The notes beneath the pieces are model-generated. The model searched no databases. It was not told the DNA's origin and saw only the letters and a program-made list of their open reading frames with translations. DNA of 64,000 nt from a virus (Duplodnaviria > Caudoviricetes). Made by a program: the position numbers and the translations under genes. Positions 1 to 11,623 of this stretch are shown piece by piece. The stretch covers positions 64,001-128,000 of IMG/VR virus record IMGVR_UViG_3300019378_000951, one strand, 5' to 3'. Each line of letters starts with the position of its first letter. The stretch's first letter is position 1.

Positions 1-21
1 TATAAGTATAATATCAATTTT

Positions 22-1269
22 ATGATAAAAGATATAGATAACGTAATATATCAGTATAGTGAACGTATAACATTTGTAACAATATTAGATGACTACTTTA
101 ATAGCGTGAATAGTGCCATTAAAGTAGGGTTTTTTGTAAACCCCGATATGCATAATAAATTAGAACTAAGGGCATCTAAAATGACTTACTCAATATCAAT
201 AACTAGTAATGAGACTAGTCCAAGACAAAATGTAACTACTAGTTACAAAGACTATTATTTAGAAAATTTTAAAATTAAACCAGTTAACGTTCCGGTAACC
301 GTATATAAATCCGATAATGCTAGTGAAAATGCTAATAGAAACGACTATATACAGGTTATTATGGATTTTATTCCTGAGACTGTATTAACTTATAATAGAT
401 ATATGTGTAATGGAATATATAATAATGCTACGGTAAATGATGTATTATTATATTTATTGAATAAGATGGAAATTCCAGTTATATATGAAGAACCGCATAA
501 TAATACCAAGTACTCACAAATTATACTACCCCCCAATAATTTATTTATGTCATTGAAATTTTTGCATCAACAATATGGAATATATAACAATGGAGTTTCA
601 ATGTGGTTTAAAGGAAATTTATTTTGTTTTAAAAATCGTTATAATAGCATTAATACACCAAAAATTAATAATCGTAATATAAACAATGTTAGAATATTTG
701 TGGATAAAAACATATCAGAAAATTTTAATCTGTATGGAGAAGGAACAAAATTGAACTCACAATTGAATATATATGAGTACTATACTAGATTGGAAAAAGT
801 TTTAATAGACGATAATAAAATTGCATTAGAAGAATTATATGGGAATAAGTATATGGTTTATAGCAAAAATTTAGACGGTACCTATAATATGACTAATGAT
901 TTAATTAATAAATCAAATGAAGATAAATTAAAAATTTATTGGAATGGAATAGAAAATCCAACAGTGGTAAACCAATATTTTAATGAAATTAAAAATCCAG
1001 TTACATTAACCATTGATTATAATAGTGCAAATTTAAGTATGTGGAGCCCGCTAAATCGTTTTAGATTTCATATAAAAACTGAAAACATACTGTTTGACAG
1101 ATATGTTAATAGCTACTTTCAAGTTAGTAAAAATGAAATGTTTTTTACAACAAATGGAGCTGAAGCAACTTTGCAAGGTAAAGTTACATTAGTTGAAATT
1201 GGAAGTATTGTAGATGATAACAAACATTATCAGTATACTAGCACGGGAATTAATATTACTAATATATAA
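22..1269 (+). CDS. Hypothetical protein, possibly virion structural (baseplate hub-like)
   Basis: 415-aa N/Y/I-rich ORF directly upstream of RNase H; no diagnostic motif; true start may lie outside the window. Confidence 0.35.
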   Translation: MIKDIDNVIYQYSERITFVTILDDYFNSVNSAIKVGFFVNPDMHNKLELRASKMTYSISITSNETSPRQNVTTSYKDYYLENFKIKPVNVPVTVYKSDNASENANRNDYIQVIMDFIPETVLTYNRYMCNGIYNNATVNDVLLYLLNKMEIPVIYEEPHNNTKYSQIILPPNNLFMSLKFLHQQYGIYNNGVSMWFKGNLFCFKNRYNSINTPKINNRNINNVRIFVDKNISENFNLYGEGTKLNSQLNIYEYYTRLEKVLIDDNKIALEELYGNKYMVYSKNLDGTYNMTNDLINKSNEDKLKIYWNGIENPTVVNQYFNEIKNPVTLTIDYNSANLSMWSPLNRFRFHIKTENILFDRYVNSYFQVSKNEMFFTTNGAEATLQGKVTLVEIGSIVDDNKHYQYTSTGINITNI

Positions 1270-1279
1270 GGGGGCTGCT

Positions 1280-1801
1280 ATGTCAATTAAAGTATTTAGT
1301 GATTGTGGAAGTTATAATAATGGTTATAGGGATAAGTCTAAACCAATGTTTGGATCTATTGCAGTAATTGTAATTAATGAAAATGATGAAATTTTATATA
1401 AAAATGTAAAAGTTTTTGAAGACAAAACTAATAATTATTGTGAACTTCTTGGAATGCTTGATGGACTAATATTTGCAGTTAATAATTATCCAAATGAACA
1501 GATAAACGTTTATTCTGATAGTGAGTATGTTATTAAAGGTGCCAGTCAAAGAGTTAATAAATGGAAAAGAATGGGCTGGAAAAATTCGAGCGGACCTGTT
1601 AAGAATAAAGAATTATGGGAAGTCGTATGCAAAATTAATGAATCAAACTATGATATACAATATAATTGGGTGCGAGGACACCAAGGTAAATCAACAACAA
1701 AAGAAGATAATTATTTAGTTTATTATCAAGAAATGTGCGACAGTATGGCGGTTGATATTATTGAGAAAAAAGTAAAAATTTGGAATAAAAAAAGAGAATA
1801 G
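1280..1801 (+). CDS. rnhA: Ribonuclease HI
   Basis: Motifs VFSD, TNNYCEL, YSDSEYV, GWKNSSGPVKNKELW, WVRGH and a C-terminal D; ATG at 1280 after AAGGGGG RBS. Confidence 0.92.
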   Translation: MSIKVFSDCGSYNNGYRDKSKPMFGSIAVIVINENDEILYKNVKVFEDKTNNYCELLGMLDGLIFAVNNYPNEQINVYSDSEYVIKGASQRVNKWKRMGWKNSSGPVKNKELWEVVCKINESNYDIQYNWVRGHQGKSTTKEDNYLVYYQEMCDSMAVDIIEKKVKIWNKKRE

Positions 1802-1824
1802 TCATATGACTATTCTCTTTTTTT
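1788..1824. terminator. Bidirectional rho-independent terminator
   Basis: Palindrome AAAGAGAATAGTCAT/ATGACTATTCTCTTT with A and T tails, between convergent genes. Confidence 0.85.
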
Positions 1825-1828
1825 TGTA

Positions 1829-2422
1829 TTATACTAAAACTATATTATCCCCATCAGGTAAACGTATTATTGGGGTATATATGTTATACATTTCTGCTTT
1901 AAGTTGATTTTCACTACCTACAAAATGTACCATTAAATTATAATTAGGAGCCATTCCTAAACCTTTTGTATAGCTATAGCCAATATAATCATCTACACCA
2001 TCATACATATAAAACCAATCCTGCATTACCATAGCGCCTGCCGAAGCTCCCATTACAATACCATCAAAATTTTTAATAATTTCTTTGATTTCATCAGGAC
2101 ACGTACTCATAAACATCTGAGGGTCTCCGCCGCTTAAAAAAATGATACTAGATTTATTTATTAAATCTTTAATAAGTTCTATACTATCTTCATGTGGATT
2201 AACTATATAAATATTATTTTTTGGTATTCCATATTGAGCATAAGCTTTTGCTATATCCGAAAATTCAGTTCCTACATGTTTATCAAATAACTTATAGTAA
2301 TTATTAAAATCTTTTAAATGCTCATAGTTTGAATATGGTAAAACTGTTACTGACATATCATATTTAATAAATTCTTTCAAACCTTTCATTGAATAATCAC
2401 TCATTAATATTCTGATAGGCAT
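1829..2422 (-). CDS. Peptidase S51 / dipeptidase E-like protein (class I glutamine amidotransferase fold)
   Basis: IIFLSGGDP, nucleophile elbow GASAGAM, downstream VHF; ATG at 2422 after GGAAGGTG. Confidence 0.8.
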   Translation of the reverse strand: MPIRILMSDYSMKGLKEFIKYDMSVTVLPYSNYEHLKDFNNYYKLFDKHVGTEFSDIAKAYAQYGIPKNNIYIVNPHEDSIELIKDLINKSSIIFLSGGDPQMFMSTCPDEIKEIIKNFDGIVMGASAGAMVMQDWFYMYDGVDDYIGYSYTKGLGMAPNYNLMVHFVGSENQLKAEMYNIYTPIIRLPDGDNIVLV

Positions 2423-2547
2423 TCTTAAATCACCTTCCATATTCATATGTTTGGTTATTTTTTTGTTTGTATTTTCTACAATATTTAAATTAAATAGTCA
2501 AACATAATATTATAGTATAGTATTTGTATAATAAGGGAGGATAAATA

Positions 2548-3252
2548 ATGAAATTGCCTAAAAATCAATTTACAGAATTAAAAGTTATAAATAAAGAAAT
2601 ATTAGAAGTTGACTCATCAAATAAAGTTTCAATGATAGTACCTGATTTAAATAATGCTATTATAAAAACTAATTTTATTAAAAATGTAGAAAAAATGATT
2701 AGAGGAAGTTTAGAATATAGAAAGTATATAGGATTTTTAAAAACTAATTTAAATTTAACTAAGTGCAAATTTTTAGAAAATGTTGATATATCAAATTTAA
2801 AGAAAACACATATAGAGATGCATCATTATCCATTTACTTTATATGATATAGTTGAAATAGTTACAGATAAAATAGATGCTGAAGGCGGAATATTAAATGA
2901 ATTAGTAGTAGCTGAAGAGGTTATGAAACTTCATTTTGAAAATAAGATTGGATTAGTTCCTTTAACAATAACAGTACATCAGTTAGTTCACGAAGGGCAA
3001 TTATTTATACCTAGTACATTCGTCCATGGTGAATATAAAAAATTTATGAAAGAATATGATGAATATATAATAGATCTTCATCGAAATTACATACAAAGTA
3101 TAGAAACTAATACTAGACGAATGATGGAAGGAACTCTTAAATTTAATACAGATATATTAAACAGTAAGACTATTGAAATAAAAGATTCTCAAAGAGATTA
3201 TGATAAGGAACTTTATATATTAGATGGTTTAGATGAAGACCAAATAGTTTAA
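2548..3252 (+). CDS. Phage protein with HNH-like His cluster
   Basis: IEMHHYP...LVPLTITVHQLVH pattern; preceded by AACA-N6-TA at 2501-2512. Confidence 0.45.
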   Translation: MKLPKNQFTELKVINKEILEVDSSNKVSMIVPDLNNAIIKTNFIKNVEKMIRGSLEYRKYIGFLKTNLNLTKCKFLENVDISNLKKTHIEMHHYPFTLYDIVEIVTDKIDAEGGILNELVVAEEVMKLHFENKIGLVPLTITVHQLVHEGQLFIPSTFVHGEYKKFMKEYDEYIIDLHRNYIQSIETNTRRMMEGTLKFNTDILNSKTIEIKDSQRDYDKELYILDGLDEDQIV

Positions 3253-3256
3253 AAAT

Positions 3257-3293
3257 TTGTAGAATGACCTAACATATAATGGTCATTCTACAA
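3257..3293 (+). terminator. Stem-loop, probable terminator
   Basis: TTGTAGAATGACC...GGTCATTCTACAA 13-bp inverted repeat after a stop codon. Confidence 0.65.
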
Positions 3294-3362
3294 TTTAATA
3301 TTATTTTTAATGACATATTATTTATTAGGTAATAGAATATATAATGTTGGGAGGAATGTATT

Positions 3363-3602
3363 ATGGCTGAAGATTTAAAAGAGAATATAAGATTTCTAAA
3401 AAGAAGCGGTTCAGTCGTAACAGTATTTAGTACAGGAATCAATACATTGTATGCAATATCGCAGGGGAATACTAATAATATACTTTTTGAACTTTATGAT
3501 AATGAAAACGAAAAAACACTTATCAGCAAATTAGTAAGACTTGATGATCTTACTGAACAAGTAATAATTGATTTAGAATCAAAAGCAAGATATTATTGTT
3601 AA
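3363..3602 (+). CDS. Hypothetical protein
   Basis: ORF with GGGAGG RBS. Confidence 0.65.
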   Translation: MAEDLKENIRFLKRSGSVVTVFSTGINTLYAISQGNTNNILFELYDNENEKTLISKLVRLDDLTEQVIIDLESKARYYC

Positions 3603-3642
3603 GATTATTAAAAATTAAATTAAATTTTAGGGAGGTAATTAT

Positions 3643-5181
3643 ATGAAATTTATAGGGTTATCAAGATCTAATAGTGGATGGAGAAATGCTACAGTTTATG
3701 AATTAGCTACAGAAAGATATGGAAGTTCATACGGTAATTTTAGTCAATATAGTATAAACAATAATCTTTGTAAACAAGTTACAGAAGCTCCTGATAGAAA
3801 AGATATATATGAATATGTAAAAAATTCTTATATTAGCGATAAACCTGAAGTTTCAGTATATAATGACTTTGATGTACCTAAAAATTCAGGTAAAAAACAT
3901 GAAAATGCTATTTATAAAGATATACATGCATATGAGATTAAAGATATAATGAAATTATTTAACATAATAGACAAAGGTTTACCAGATAATAAAAAATTGG
4001 TTGTATCAGACGGATTGTCATTATATAGAATATTAACATCTTCTGAAGAAGAGTTAGGTGATATACATGCTGATAATATTATACTTGTAGGTACAAACGT
4101 ATACAATAAAGAATCTAAAGAAATCAAAGCAACTTCAACTTGGTACTCATCTGACACTATGTCAAAATTATTCTTATTTATGTGTAGAACTGCTGACGAT
4201 GAAGAAAAAGAAACATTACGTAATAATAGATTATTTAAAGAATTATTAGAAAAACGTCATTTATTAGTTAAAAATCCTTATTTATTAGCTGCAATGGCAT
4301 CTTATTCTGGTAATAAAGAATCTGCCAAATCAATTTTAGGATATATATGGCGAAATGTTGATAAAGATCATATAGATTATTATTTACTAAGTAATATTAC
4401 AGAAAGTATAGCAAATGGAATATTAGATGAGCATAATGTAAATGAAATTTTATATTCTTCTAAGAGTATTTTAAATCATAATAAACTTGAAAAACTTCAT
4501 AGAATGCATAGATATTCAAATTCTAATCATGTAATGAGATATGAATTAAATGATAGTATATATAAAAATTATATACTAAACAACAAAGTCTATTTAGGGC
4601 TTGAAAAATTTGCAAATGATTTAACAAATGAAGAATTAAAAAGATTAGATGTAAACGTATTAGATAAAGCTGTTAGCAATAGTTATATAAGAAAAGATAC
4701 AGCACAAAGATGGATTGATCAATTAAACAAACTTGATGATAAAACACCAGATCAAGTTCAATGGGAAAAACGTTTAACTTATGTATCAAGTGGAATGAAT
4801 AAATCTTCTAACAATGAAGGATACAAAGCATTATTTGCATTTATAGATATGGCAGATAAAGAAAAACTAGAAAAAGACAAAGTAAGAATAGCAAACATAG
4901 TAGTTGAATGGATGTTAAGAAGCAATAATTATTATTCTTCTAGAACTATAATGTATACAAATCCTGAAAATCATGAGATAATTGCAAAAGAGGTGTTTAA
5001 CATATTAAACACTCAAAACATTAGATCTATTAAAAACTATCTTAATTCTATGGACAGTAGACATAGATATCCAGATCACAATTATAATGCATTTTCTAAT
5101 ACATGCTATTTTGATATGAGTTTATGTGATGCAAGTAATAAAAAATTATTTAAAGCATATACGGAAATGACTTTAAGTTAA
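3643..5181 (+). CDS. Hypothetical protein, paralog A
   Basis: 512 aa; C-terminus resembles the next ORF (TNPENHEIIAKEVF vs TNVKNFEIIATELF; DMSLCDASNK vs DMTFCNANHK). Confidence 0.75.
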   Translation: MKFIGLSRSNSGWRNATVYELATERYGSSYGNFSQYSINNNLCKQVTEAPDRKDIYEYVKNSYISDKPEVSVYNDFDVPKNSGKKHENAIYKDIHAYEIKDIMKLFNIIDKGLPDNKKLVVSDGLSLYRILTSSEEELGDIHADNIILVGTNVYNKESKEIKATSTWYSSDTMSKLFLFMCRTADDEEKETLRNNRLFKELLEKRHLLVKNPYLLAAMASYSGNKESAKSILGYIWRNVDKDHIDYYLLSNITESIANGILDEHNVNEILYSSKSILNHNKLEKLHRMHRYSNSNHVMRYELNDSIYKNYILNNKVYLGLEKFANDLTNEELKRLDVNVLDKAVSNSYIRKDTAQRWIDQLNKLDDKTPDQVQWEKRLTYVSSGMNKSSNNEGYKALFAFIDMADKEKLEKDKVRIANIVVEWMLRSNNYYSSRTIMYTNPENHEIIAKEVFNILNTQNIRSIKNYLNSMDSRHRYPDHNYNAFSNTCYFDMSLCDASNKKLFKAYTEMTLS

Positions 5182-5224
5182 AAACAAGTAAAAATTAAAT
5201 TAAATTTTAGGGAGGTAATTGTAT

Positions 5225-6820
5225 ATGAAAAAATTATTAATGTATAATATGGATAGAATAACTAGCAATTCTTTATGGTCTAATGGAGAATGTACAGTGA
5301 ATTTCTTTTCAAGTTTAACTAGAAAAGCATATACACCTAATAGAAAAACTATTGAAGATTATCTAGCTACAATACCTTATCATAGAACAACTAATAATTC
5401 ATGGTGTTCTGAAAGAGGTGTAAAAGATATAAGAGTATCAGTAGCTAGTATGCAACTTGTTGAAGAAACTACAAGTTGGTACCCATATAAGTACAAAAAA
5501 ATTCTAGTTAAAGATTATGCAGATGAAGTCAGTATCGAGCTATTTGATACTGATGGCTATTTTAATTATTTCAATGAACATAAAGAAATTGATTATTTAG
5601 TAATTCAAGATATGTATACATTTGTACAATTAATAAACAAAACTGATGAAGAATTAGGAAGAATTACAATAGACAATACAATAATTGCATGTTATGATGC
5701 TTTTGAAGTAACTTATAATGGTGACATCAAATTTATAGATAAAGATCTTTGTGATTATAATTATGAAACTAGACCTATTAATATATATTACGAAATTATT
5801 AGAGACCTTGATAAAGAGTACGGAATTAAATTAGTAAACACTACTAATAGAATATTCAAAGCGTTAGCCTACGGTTATAATAAAGCTTTAAAGAAAAATG
5901 TATCTCAACTTAATACATTTTCATTAGTATTATTACCTCTTTTAGATGATAAAGATTATATATTGAAAACTATAGAAAATTATTATAAAACTCTTACAAA
6001 AACGAAAGTTGACTCTTCAACATATAATTTATTATTAGATCTTATTAATAATAAAAAACTAGATATTGAAGATTTTGCTAAAATTATATTTAAGTCAAAA
6101 TCTAAAAAGAATTATGAAGTATTAGCTGAATTATTCGATTTACATTCTCATACTTCAAAATCTTTATTTAGTATTACTAATGCAGAAGATTTAAAAACAT
6201 TAGTAACTCAATATAAAGATTATATAATGTCAGGTAATTATATGATAGGTATTGAAACTGTAATTGATTATTTAACAAAAGAAGATCTTAAAAAGATTAA
6301 TAAATCTGAAGTGGCACTTATGGCTAAAACATCAGTTTTTAAGTATTCGCATAAAAAAGAATTTAAAAAGTTACTAGATCTTTTAAGTGATACAACAGAA
6401 TTAGATACTCCTGGTATCAGAAGATTTAAACAAATGAAAACTAATTTATACCCACAAATGTCAATGCTAAGTATAGCAATAGACGCTATGACAATGGAAG
6501 AAGTTGAAAACGTAAAAACTGAAGTGGCTTCTATGATCCTGTCTCAAGTATTCACACAAAATGATAGTTTTAGTTATCAAAGAATAATAATGACTAATGT
6601 TAAAAATTTTGAGATAATAGCGACTGAATTATTTGATCAACTTGCTACAGATACCAACAAAAGACATATTGAAAAGTATTTAAACAATGTAGTTCATCAA
6701 TATAAAGAACTAAAACCAGGCAGTATTATTACTGTTGCACATTCACCTTTAGCCGATATGACTTTTTGTAACGCAAATCATAAAGTAATTCAAAAACTTT
6801 ATGTTAATAAAACTTTATAG
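5225..6820 (+). CDS. Hypothetical protein, paralog B
   Basis: About 530 aa; same upstream leader AAAATTAAATTAAATTTTAGGGAGGTAATT as paralog A. Confidence 0.75.
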   Translation: MKKLLMYNMDRITSNSLWSNGECTVNFFSSLTRKAYTPNRKTIEDYLATIPYHRTTNNSWCSERGVKDIRVSVASMQLVEETTSWYPYKYKKILVKDYADEVSIELFDTDGYFNYFNEHKEIDYLVIQDMYTFVQLINKTDEELGRITIDNTIIACYDAFEVTYNGDIKFIDKDLCDYNYETRPINIYYEIIRDLDKEYGIKLVNTTNRIFKALAYGYNKALKKNVSQLNTFSLVLLPLLDDKDYILKTIENYYKTLTKTKVDSSTYNLLLDLINNKKLDIEDFAKIIFKSKSKKNYEVLAELFDLHSHTSKSLFSITNAEDLKTLVTQYKDYIMSGNYMIGIETVIDYLTKEDLKKINKSEVALMAKTSVFKYSHKKEFKKLLDLLSDTTELDTPGIRRFKQMKTNLYPQMSMLSIAIDAMTMEEVENVKTEVASMILSQVFTQNDSFSYQRIIMTNVKNFEIIATELFDQLATDTNKRHIEKYLNNVVHQYKELKPGSIITVAHSPLADMTFCNANHKVIQKLYVNKTL

Positions 6821-6830
6821 GAGGTATTAT

Positions 6831-6974
6831 ATGACTAAAGTATTTGAAATTAGTGGATGTATAGAAGTGCCTGAAGATGTAACAGATGAAGTATTCTTTA
6901 ATAAGTTTATAGAATTTGTAGAAAGTAATGGATGGTCATTTGGTGGTGGAATAGAAGAGACTGCTGAAAATTAA
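6831..6974 (+). CDS. Small acidic hypothetical protein (47 aa), not in ORF track
   Basis: GGAGGT RBS; MTKVFEISGCIEVPEDVTDEVFFNKFIEFVESNGWSFGGGIEETAEN*. Confidence 0.7.
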   Translation: MTKVFEISGCIEVPEDVTDEVFFNKFIEFVESNGWSFGGGIEETAEN

Positions 6975-6989
6975 AAAGAATTTTAGATA

Positions 6990-6997
6990 TATATTAT
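6990..6997 (+). promoter_or_regulatory. Early promoter core (T/C)ATATTAT; also at 3314, 11562, 17242, 30959, 40936, 42286, 49776, 54211 and minus strand near 38580 and 40871
   Basis: Recurs upstream of non-structural operons; resembles phiKZ/AR9 early promoter cores; AT-richness raises the chance background. Confidence 0.6.
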
Positions 6998-7075
6998 TAA
7001 TATGGTAATAGAGAAATATCATATGATATTTCTCTATCAATAAAAAAATTAAAATTAAATTGGAGGTATGGTATT

Positions 7076-9454
7076 ATGGCAAATTTCAAAGATGTTAAGG
7101 ATGTAGTAGTTTTAACTATATTAGCAGGTAGAGTTCCAGTTATAAAAGGTGCTCACGGGCTTGGTAAGTCTCAAATGATGGAAACTATAGTACGAGATTT
7201 AGGAATGAAACTAATAACTATAGAGGGAGGTCTTCTAAAAGAAGGAGAAATCGGGGGTCAAATGTAGGCTCGTTCACAAAGTGATTTGTGTTCCAATCTC
7301 TCTAATTGCTGGGACGTCCTTAGAGCCTATTCAACTACAACGTGATCCGCAAGGATGAGCGTGAATGTTTAAAAATGGATAGGATTGGATAATCAGCAGC
7401 GAAGCATATATACCATTATAAACCAATTAATTGCAATGGAGGTTATAATATGGCAAAGAATAAAAATGCTATTAATTGGGACGTTGATTTTATTAAAGAA
7501 AATTATAATACAATGAAGTTAGTTGAGATGGCTGAAATTCTAAGCAAAAAAGATAGTCGAATAAATGCTAAAAATCTTTCAAGACAATGTAAGAAAATGA
7601 ATCTTAGTAAACTTACAATGATTAATGATATAAAATTGAAAGATGATGAAGAATTTAAGCCAATACCAGGATTTAAAAATTATGAAGTTTCACAATATGG
7701 AAATGTTCATTGTTTAATAACAGGTTCAATTGTAGCCGATATTATTGATGGAAAAGGATATCATATAAGAAAAATTACAGATAGCAGTAATATTAAACGT
7801 GATATGCCTTTACATCGACTAATTGCACTTGCATGGATTTATAATGATGATCCTGTTAATAAAACACAAGTTGATCATATAGATGGTAATAAAGATAATA
7901 ACTCATTAAAAAATCTTGAATGGGTAACGCCTCAAGAGAATATTAATCGAGCTAGACAGAATAAATTGAATAACTCCAAACCATCAGATCATACTAGAAT
8001 GGACAAAGACACTGTTAAAAAATTGTATCTATATTGTAAAAACAATCCTGGATATACAACTAAAGACGTAAGTAAAATGTTTAAATGTAGTCAAGCAACT
8101 GTTCGCAATATAATGTCTGGTAAAAGACATGCGGACGTTACAAGAGGTTTATAATGGTATATATGAACGTTCAACGACTAGCCCGAGGGTGGTGAGACTC
8201 CACAATAGGCGTAGGGCCCAAGCTAATGGGGTGGGTGAAAATCCCTTAAATCGAAATGGGAGACTCTCATTTATATGAGATGAAGATATAGTCTACTCTA
8301 TACAGAAATGTATAGCACTTTTTAAAGTGGAATGAGTGTTGCGAACTCATTTTAATATATGGCTACCAATAGTTAAAGAAAGAAAATTCAAAAACAACAC
8401 AGGAAAAGAAGATACAACATATGTAACAGAATATGCAATACACAATAAGATGAGATTAATGAATCAGTATCTTGATGACGGAGAAGCTGTACTACTATTC
8501 ATAGACGAACTTAACAGAACTGATAATGCAGTTATGCAAGAGCTAATGAATATCATACTAAACAGAGAGATAAATGGTATAGTATTACCAGAAGGAGTAT
8601 ATGTATGTGGCGCTATGAACCCATCAGCTAATGACGGAGTTAATAACTATAGTACAAATGAACTTGACCCAGCTCAATTAGACCGTCTAACTATAATAGA
8701 AATGGATCCAGACACAACTAGTTGGTTAGATTGGGCTTTAGCAAAACCAGGCAGCTCAAGATCAGAAGACGAAATCCCTCAATATAAACGTCTTAATAAA
8801 TCTCTATATAAAACTAATATAGACGATTCAATAATAGAATTCTTATCAATGAACTCTGACTTCTTAGTAAAACAATCAGTATCATCATTAATAGGAGTAT
8901 CACCACGTTCTTGGGAAATGGCATCTGATTTAATAAGAACTTATAAGTTAAATCAAAATGCATTTAGACCTAATATACTTCAACATGCACTAGTAGGTAC
9001 TATATCACCAGAGGTTTATCAAAAGTATATCCACTTCACAGAAAGTAATAAATCTAAGTTAGTAACAGGAGACGAATTCTTATTTAGTGACAAAGTTAAG
9101 AAAGATGCAACAACTAAGAAGTATAGAAATGACCCAGAATTAGTTAAGAGATTCTTAGATGAACCAGCTAACAGACAATCTATAATGGTTAAATCAACAC
9201 TTAACATGTTAGTTGAGATAATGAACGGAAATGTAAGAGATAAAAAAGATTCATCTAAAACACTTAAATTCAATGCTAAGTTTAAAGAACTATACATTGA
9301 ATTAATGGAATATCTTCCAGCAGATAGAGTAGTTGAAGTAATGAGATATTGTAAACAAGAACATAATAAGATGCATCAAAAACTAATGGATGATGAAGCA
9401 TACTACAAAAAATTCGTAACAGAAACTCAAAGAATTAAAAAGTCAGCTAGATAA
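7076..9454 (+). CDS. MoxR/AAA_5-type ATPase, spliced: join(7076..7258,8363..9454)
   Basis: Walker A GAHGLGKS in exon 1; Walker B LLFIDELNR, sensor-1 GAMNP, LDPAQLDR and SPRSWE in exon 2; splicing gives in-frame GEIGG|LPIV. Confidence 0.9.
7259..8362 (+). mobile_element. Group I intron carrying an HNH homing endonuclease
   Basis: Exon ends in U, intron ends in G; core AATTGCTGGG, AATCAGCAG, TTCAACGACTA, AAGATATAGTC; guide GTAGGCTC pairs with both exons. Confidence 0.93.
7450..8154 (+). CDS. Intron-encoded NUMOD4-HNH homing endonuclease with C-terminal HTH
   Basis: FKPIPGFKNYEVSQYGNV (NUMOD4), HRLIA, QVDHIDGNKDNNSLKNLEWVTPQEN (HNH). Confidence 0.9.
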   Translation: MAKNKNAINWDVDFIKENYNTMKLVEMAEILSKKDSRINAKNLSRQCKKMNLSKLTMINDIKLKDDEEFKPIPGFKNYEVSQYGNVHCLITGSIVADIIDGKGYHIRKITDSSNIKRDMPLHRLIALAWIYNDDPVNKTQVDHIDGNKDNNSLKNLEWVTPQENINRARQNKLNNSKPSDHTRMDKDTVKKLYLYCKNNPGYTTKDVSKMFKCSQATVRNIMSGKRHADVTRGL

Positions 9455-9532
9455 AGCATAATATTAAAGGTGTAGATTAAAATTCTACACCTTAATTTTT
9501 TGAATTAATTAAAATTTAAAGGAGGTAATATT

Positions 9533-11401
9533 ATGTATATATTTGATAAAGGAATGAAAGTTGAAGTTGTAGGACTAATAGGTGTTATTGAAGATGTTAT
9601 TGTAAACGTAGATAATAATACAGAATATGTGGTTAAATTTTCAGGTGTTGACGAACCAATAAATTATCTAGGAATTAATTTAAAATTAGTAGAAGATGAA
9701 TCAATAATTAAGTAAAGGAGGTTTCTTCTCTTATGTTTACATTAAATGAGCTAGAAGCAATGTTTGATATATTATCTTGGTGTTGCACTGAACATCCTAA
9801 CTTTGCAGAAGACGAAAGAGAAAGAGAAGAAGCTTTAATAAAAAAAGTATATGATTTAATTAAATCTATGGAGGTAAATGAATAATGAAAAGTATAGATA
9901 TAATGAAAAAAGTTTCAACAGCATTAAATGGAAAGTATAAACTACCAGAAGACTTTGCAGAAGGTTTTAGTTTTGAAAAAGAAGAGATAATAAATCCTGA
10001 CGTAATAGAAGAAGATGACTTAAGAGGATTTGGAGAGAATCTATTAGCATATGATACTACATTTGATCATAATGAAGATGAACTAACACTATTTACAATA
10101 ATAAGTGAAGATAACAAAAAATGTATGTTCCTGGTATCATCAGGAGATTTAAATCCAGAAGAGATATTGGAAAAAGGATATATTCAGTTATAAGAAAGGT
10201 GGGGACATTATGTTTAAAAGAATAAAAGAAAAATTAATAAAATGGTTTAAAGAATATTGTGAAGTTATAGAAGAAAATCACATTATATTTTCAGAGCATG
10301 ATGTCTACAATATAATACAAGAAGAATTAACTAAGAGTAAACAAGAAGAAAAGTAGAATAATAAAAAAATTAAAATTAAATTATGGAGGTAATGTATATG
10401 ATGAATAAAGTTAATAAATTATTTGGTGAAATGTATGATTTATTTAAAGAAGTATTATTAAACGATGAAGAATTTATAGCAGAATTTAAAGCTAAATTAG
10501 AAGAAAAAGAAGAACATCAGTGTGAAGGTAACTGTGGGTGTGACGGAAACTGTGGTGATGATTGTAAATGCAAAAAAGAAAAAGAATCAATAGAAACATT
10601 TGATGATTATACAGCATTCTGTGAAAGATTTGTAATGACTAATGATAAAGGCGAAGAACTTATAGACGCTAATGATTTAGATGTACCTGTAGAAGACGAA
10701 AAAATTGAAGATTATGCAAAAAATGTTACGCCGTTAATACAAGAATGGGTTAAAGAGATACAAGATGATATGCCAGAAGAAAAAGAAGATGTAAAAACAG
10801 ATGTGATAGAAGAAGTTGAAGAGAACAATGCTCTTAAAAAATTTGGAATAGCACAAGCTACTGTAGAAGATTTAGAAGATAGTAATATGAATAATATAAA
10901 AGAAGAAATCGAATTATCTGAAGAAGATATAAAAGATGCGCTTGAGCAAGTACAAGAATTAACTGAAGAGGAATTAATGGAAGTAATTAAACAGAAGCAA
11001 GAGAATGGGGAAATTGATTTAGACATTGATTTAGGAGCATTATTGGGACAACTTAAACTAATAGCTCAACAAAAAAATTCTTATAAATTTATGGAAAGAG
11101 ATGTACAAGAATACGACGATATAATAGAAAAATCTTTCGGTATATTCCCAACTGATTTAGGAGGAAATGACGAGATATTCTAATATCTCGTCTTAAAAAT
11201 TTTAAATTAGGAGGTAATAATATGACAAGAGCTGAGATAAAAGATATGCATAATGCAATAACTCATTCAGGTCTTTGGGTAATTCATATTTATGACGAAT
11301 ATATGGAAGTAAGATTTTTAGACGATGATAAAGATGATAGGTTATACAAAGTATATCCGAATGATATATGTCCAAATTGTGGATATATCAGAATATATTA
11401 A
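9533..11401 (+). CDS. Cluster of small hypothetical genes (9533-9715, 9733-9885, 9885-10193, 10210-10356, 10383-11183, 11222-11401)
   Basis: Each has a GGAGG-type RBS; 10383-11183 is highly acidic with a Cys cluster CEGNCGCDGNCGDDCKC. Confidence 0.65.
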
Positions 11402-11623
11402 AATTAAAAGGAGAATATTTTTATGATAACAAGCTTAATAGCAAGTTTAGGTATGATTGTAGCAGCAATTGCGATATATGGTATTATGATAATAATTCCT
11501 AGTAAAATTTCAAAACATTTAAAGAAAAAAGCAAGATTAAAATTAAAGTAAAAATTAATAATATATTATTTATTTGGTAGTGTAATAAAAAAATTAAATT
11601 TAAATTAGTGGAGGTATGTATAT

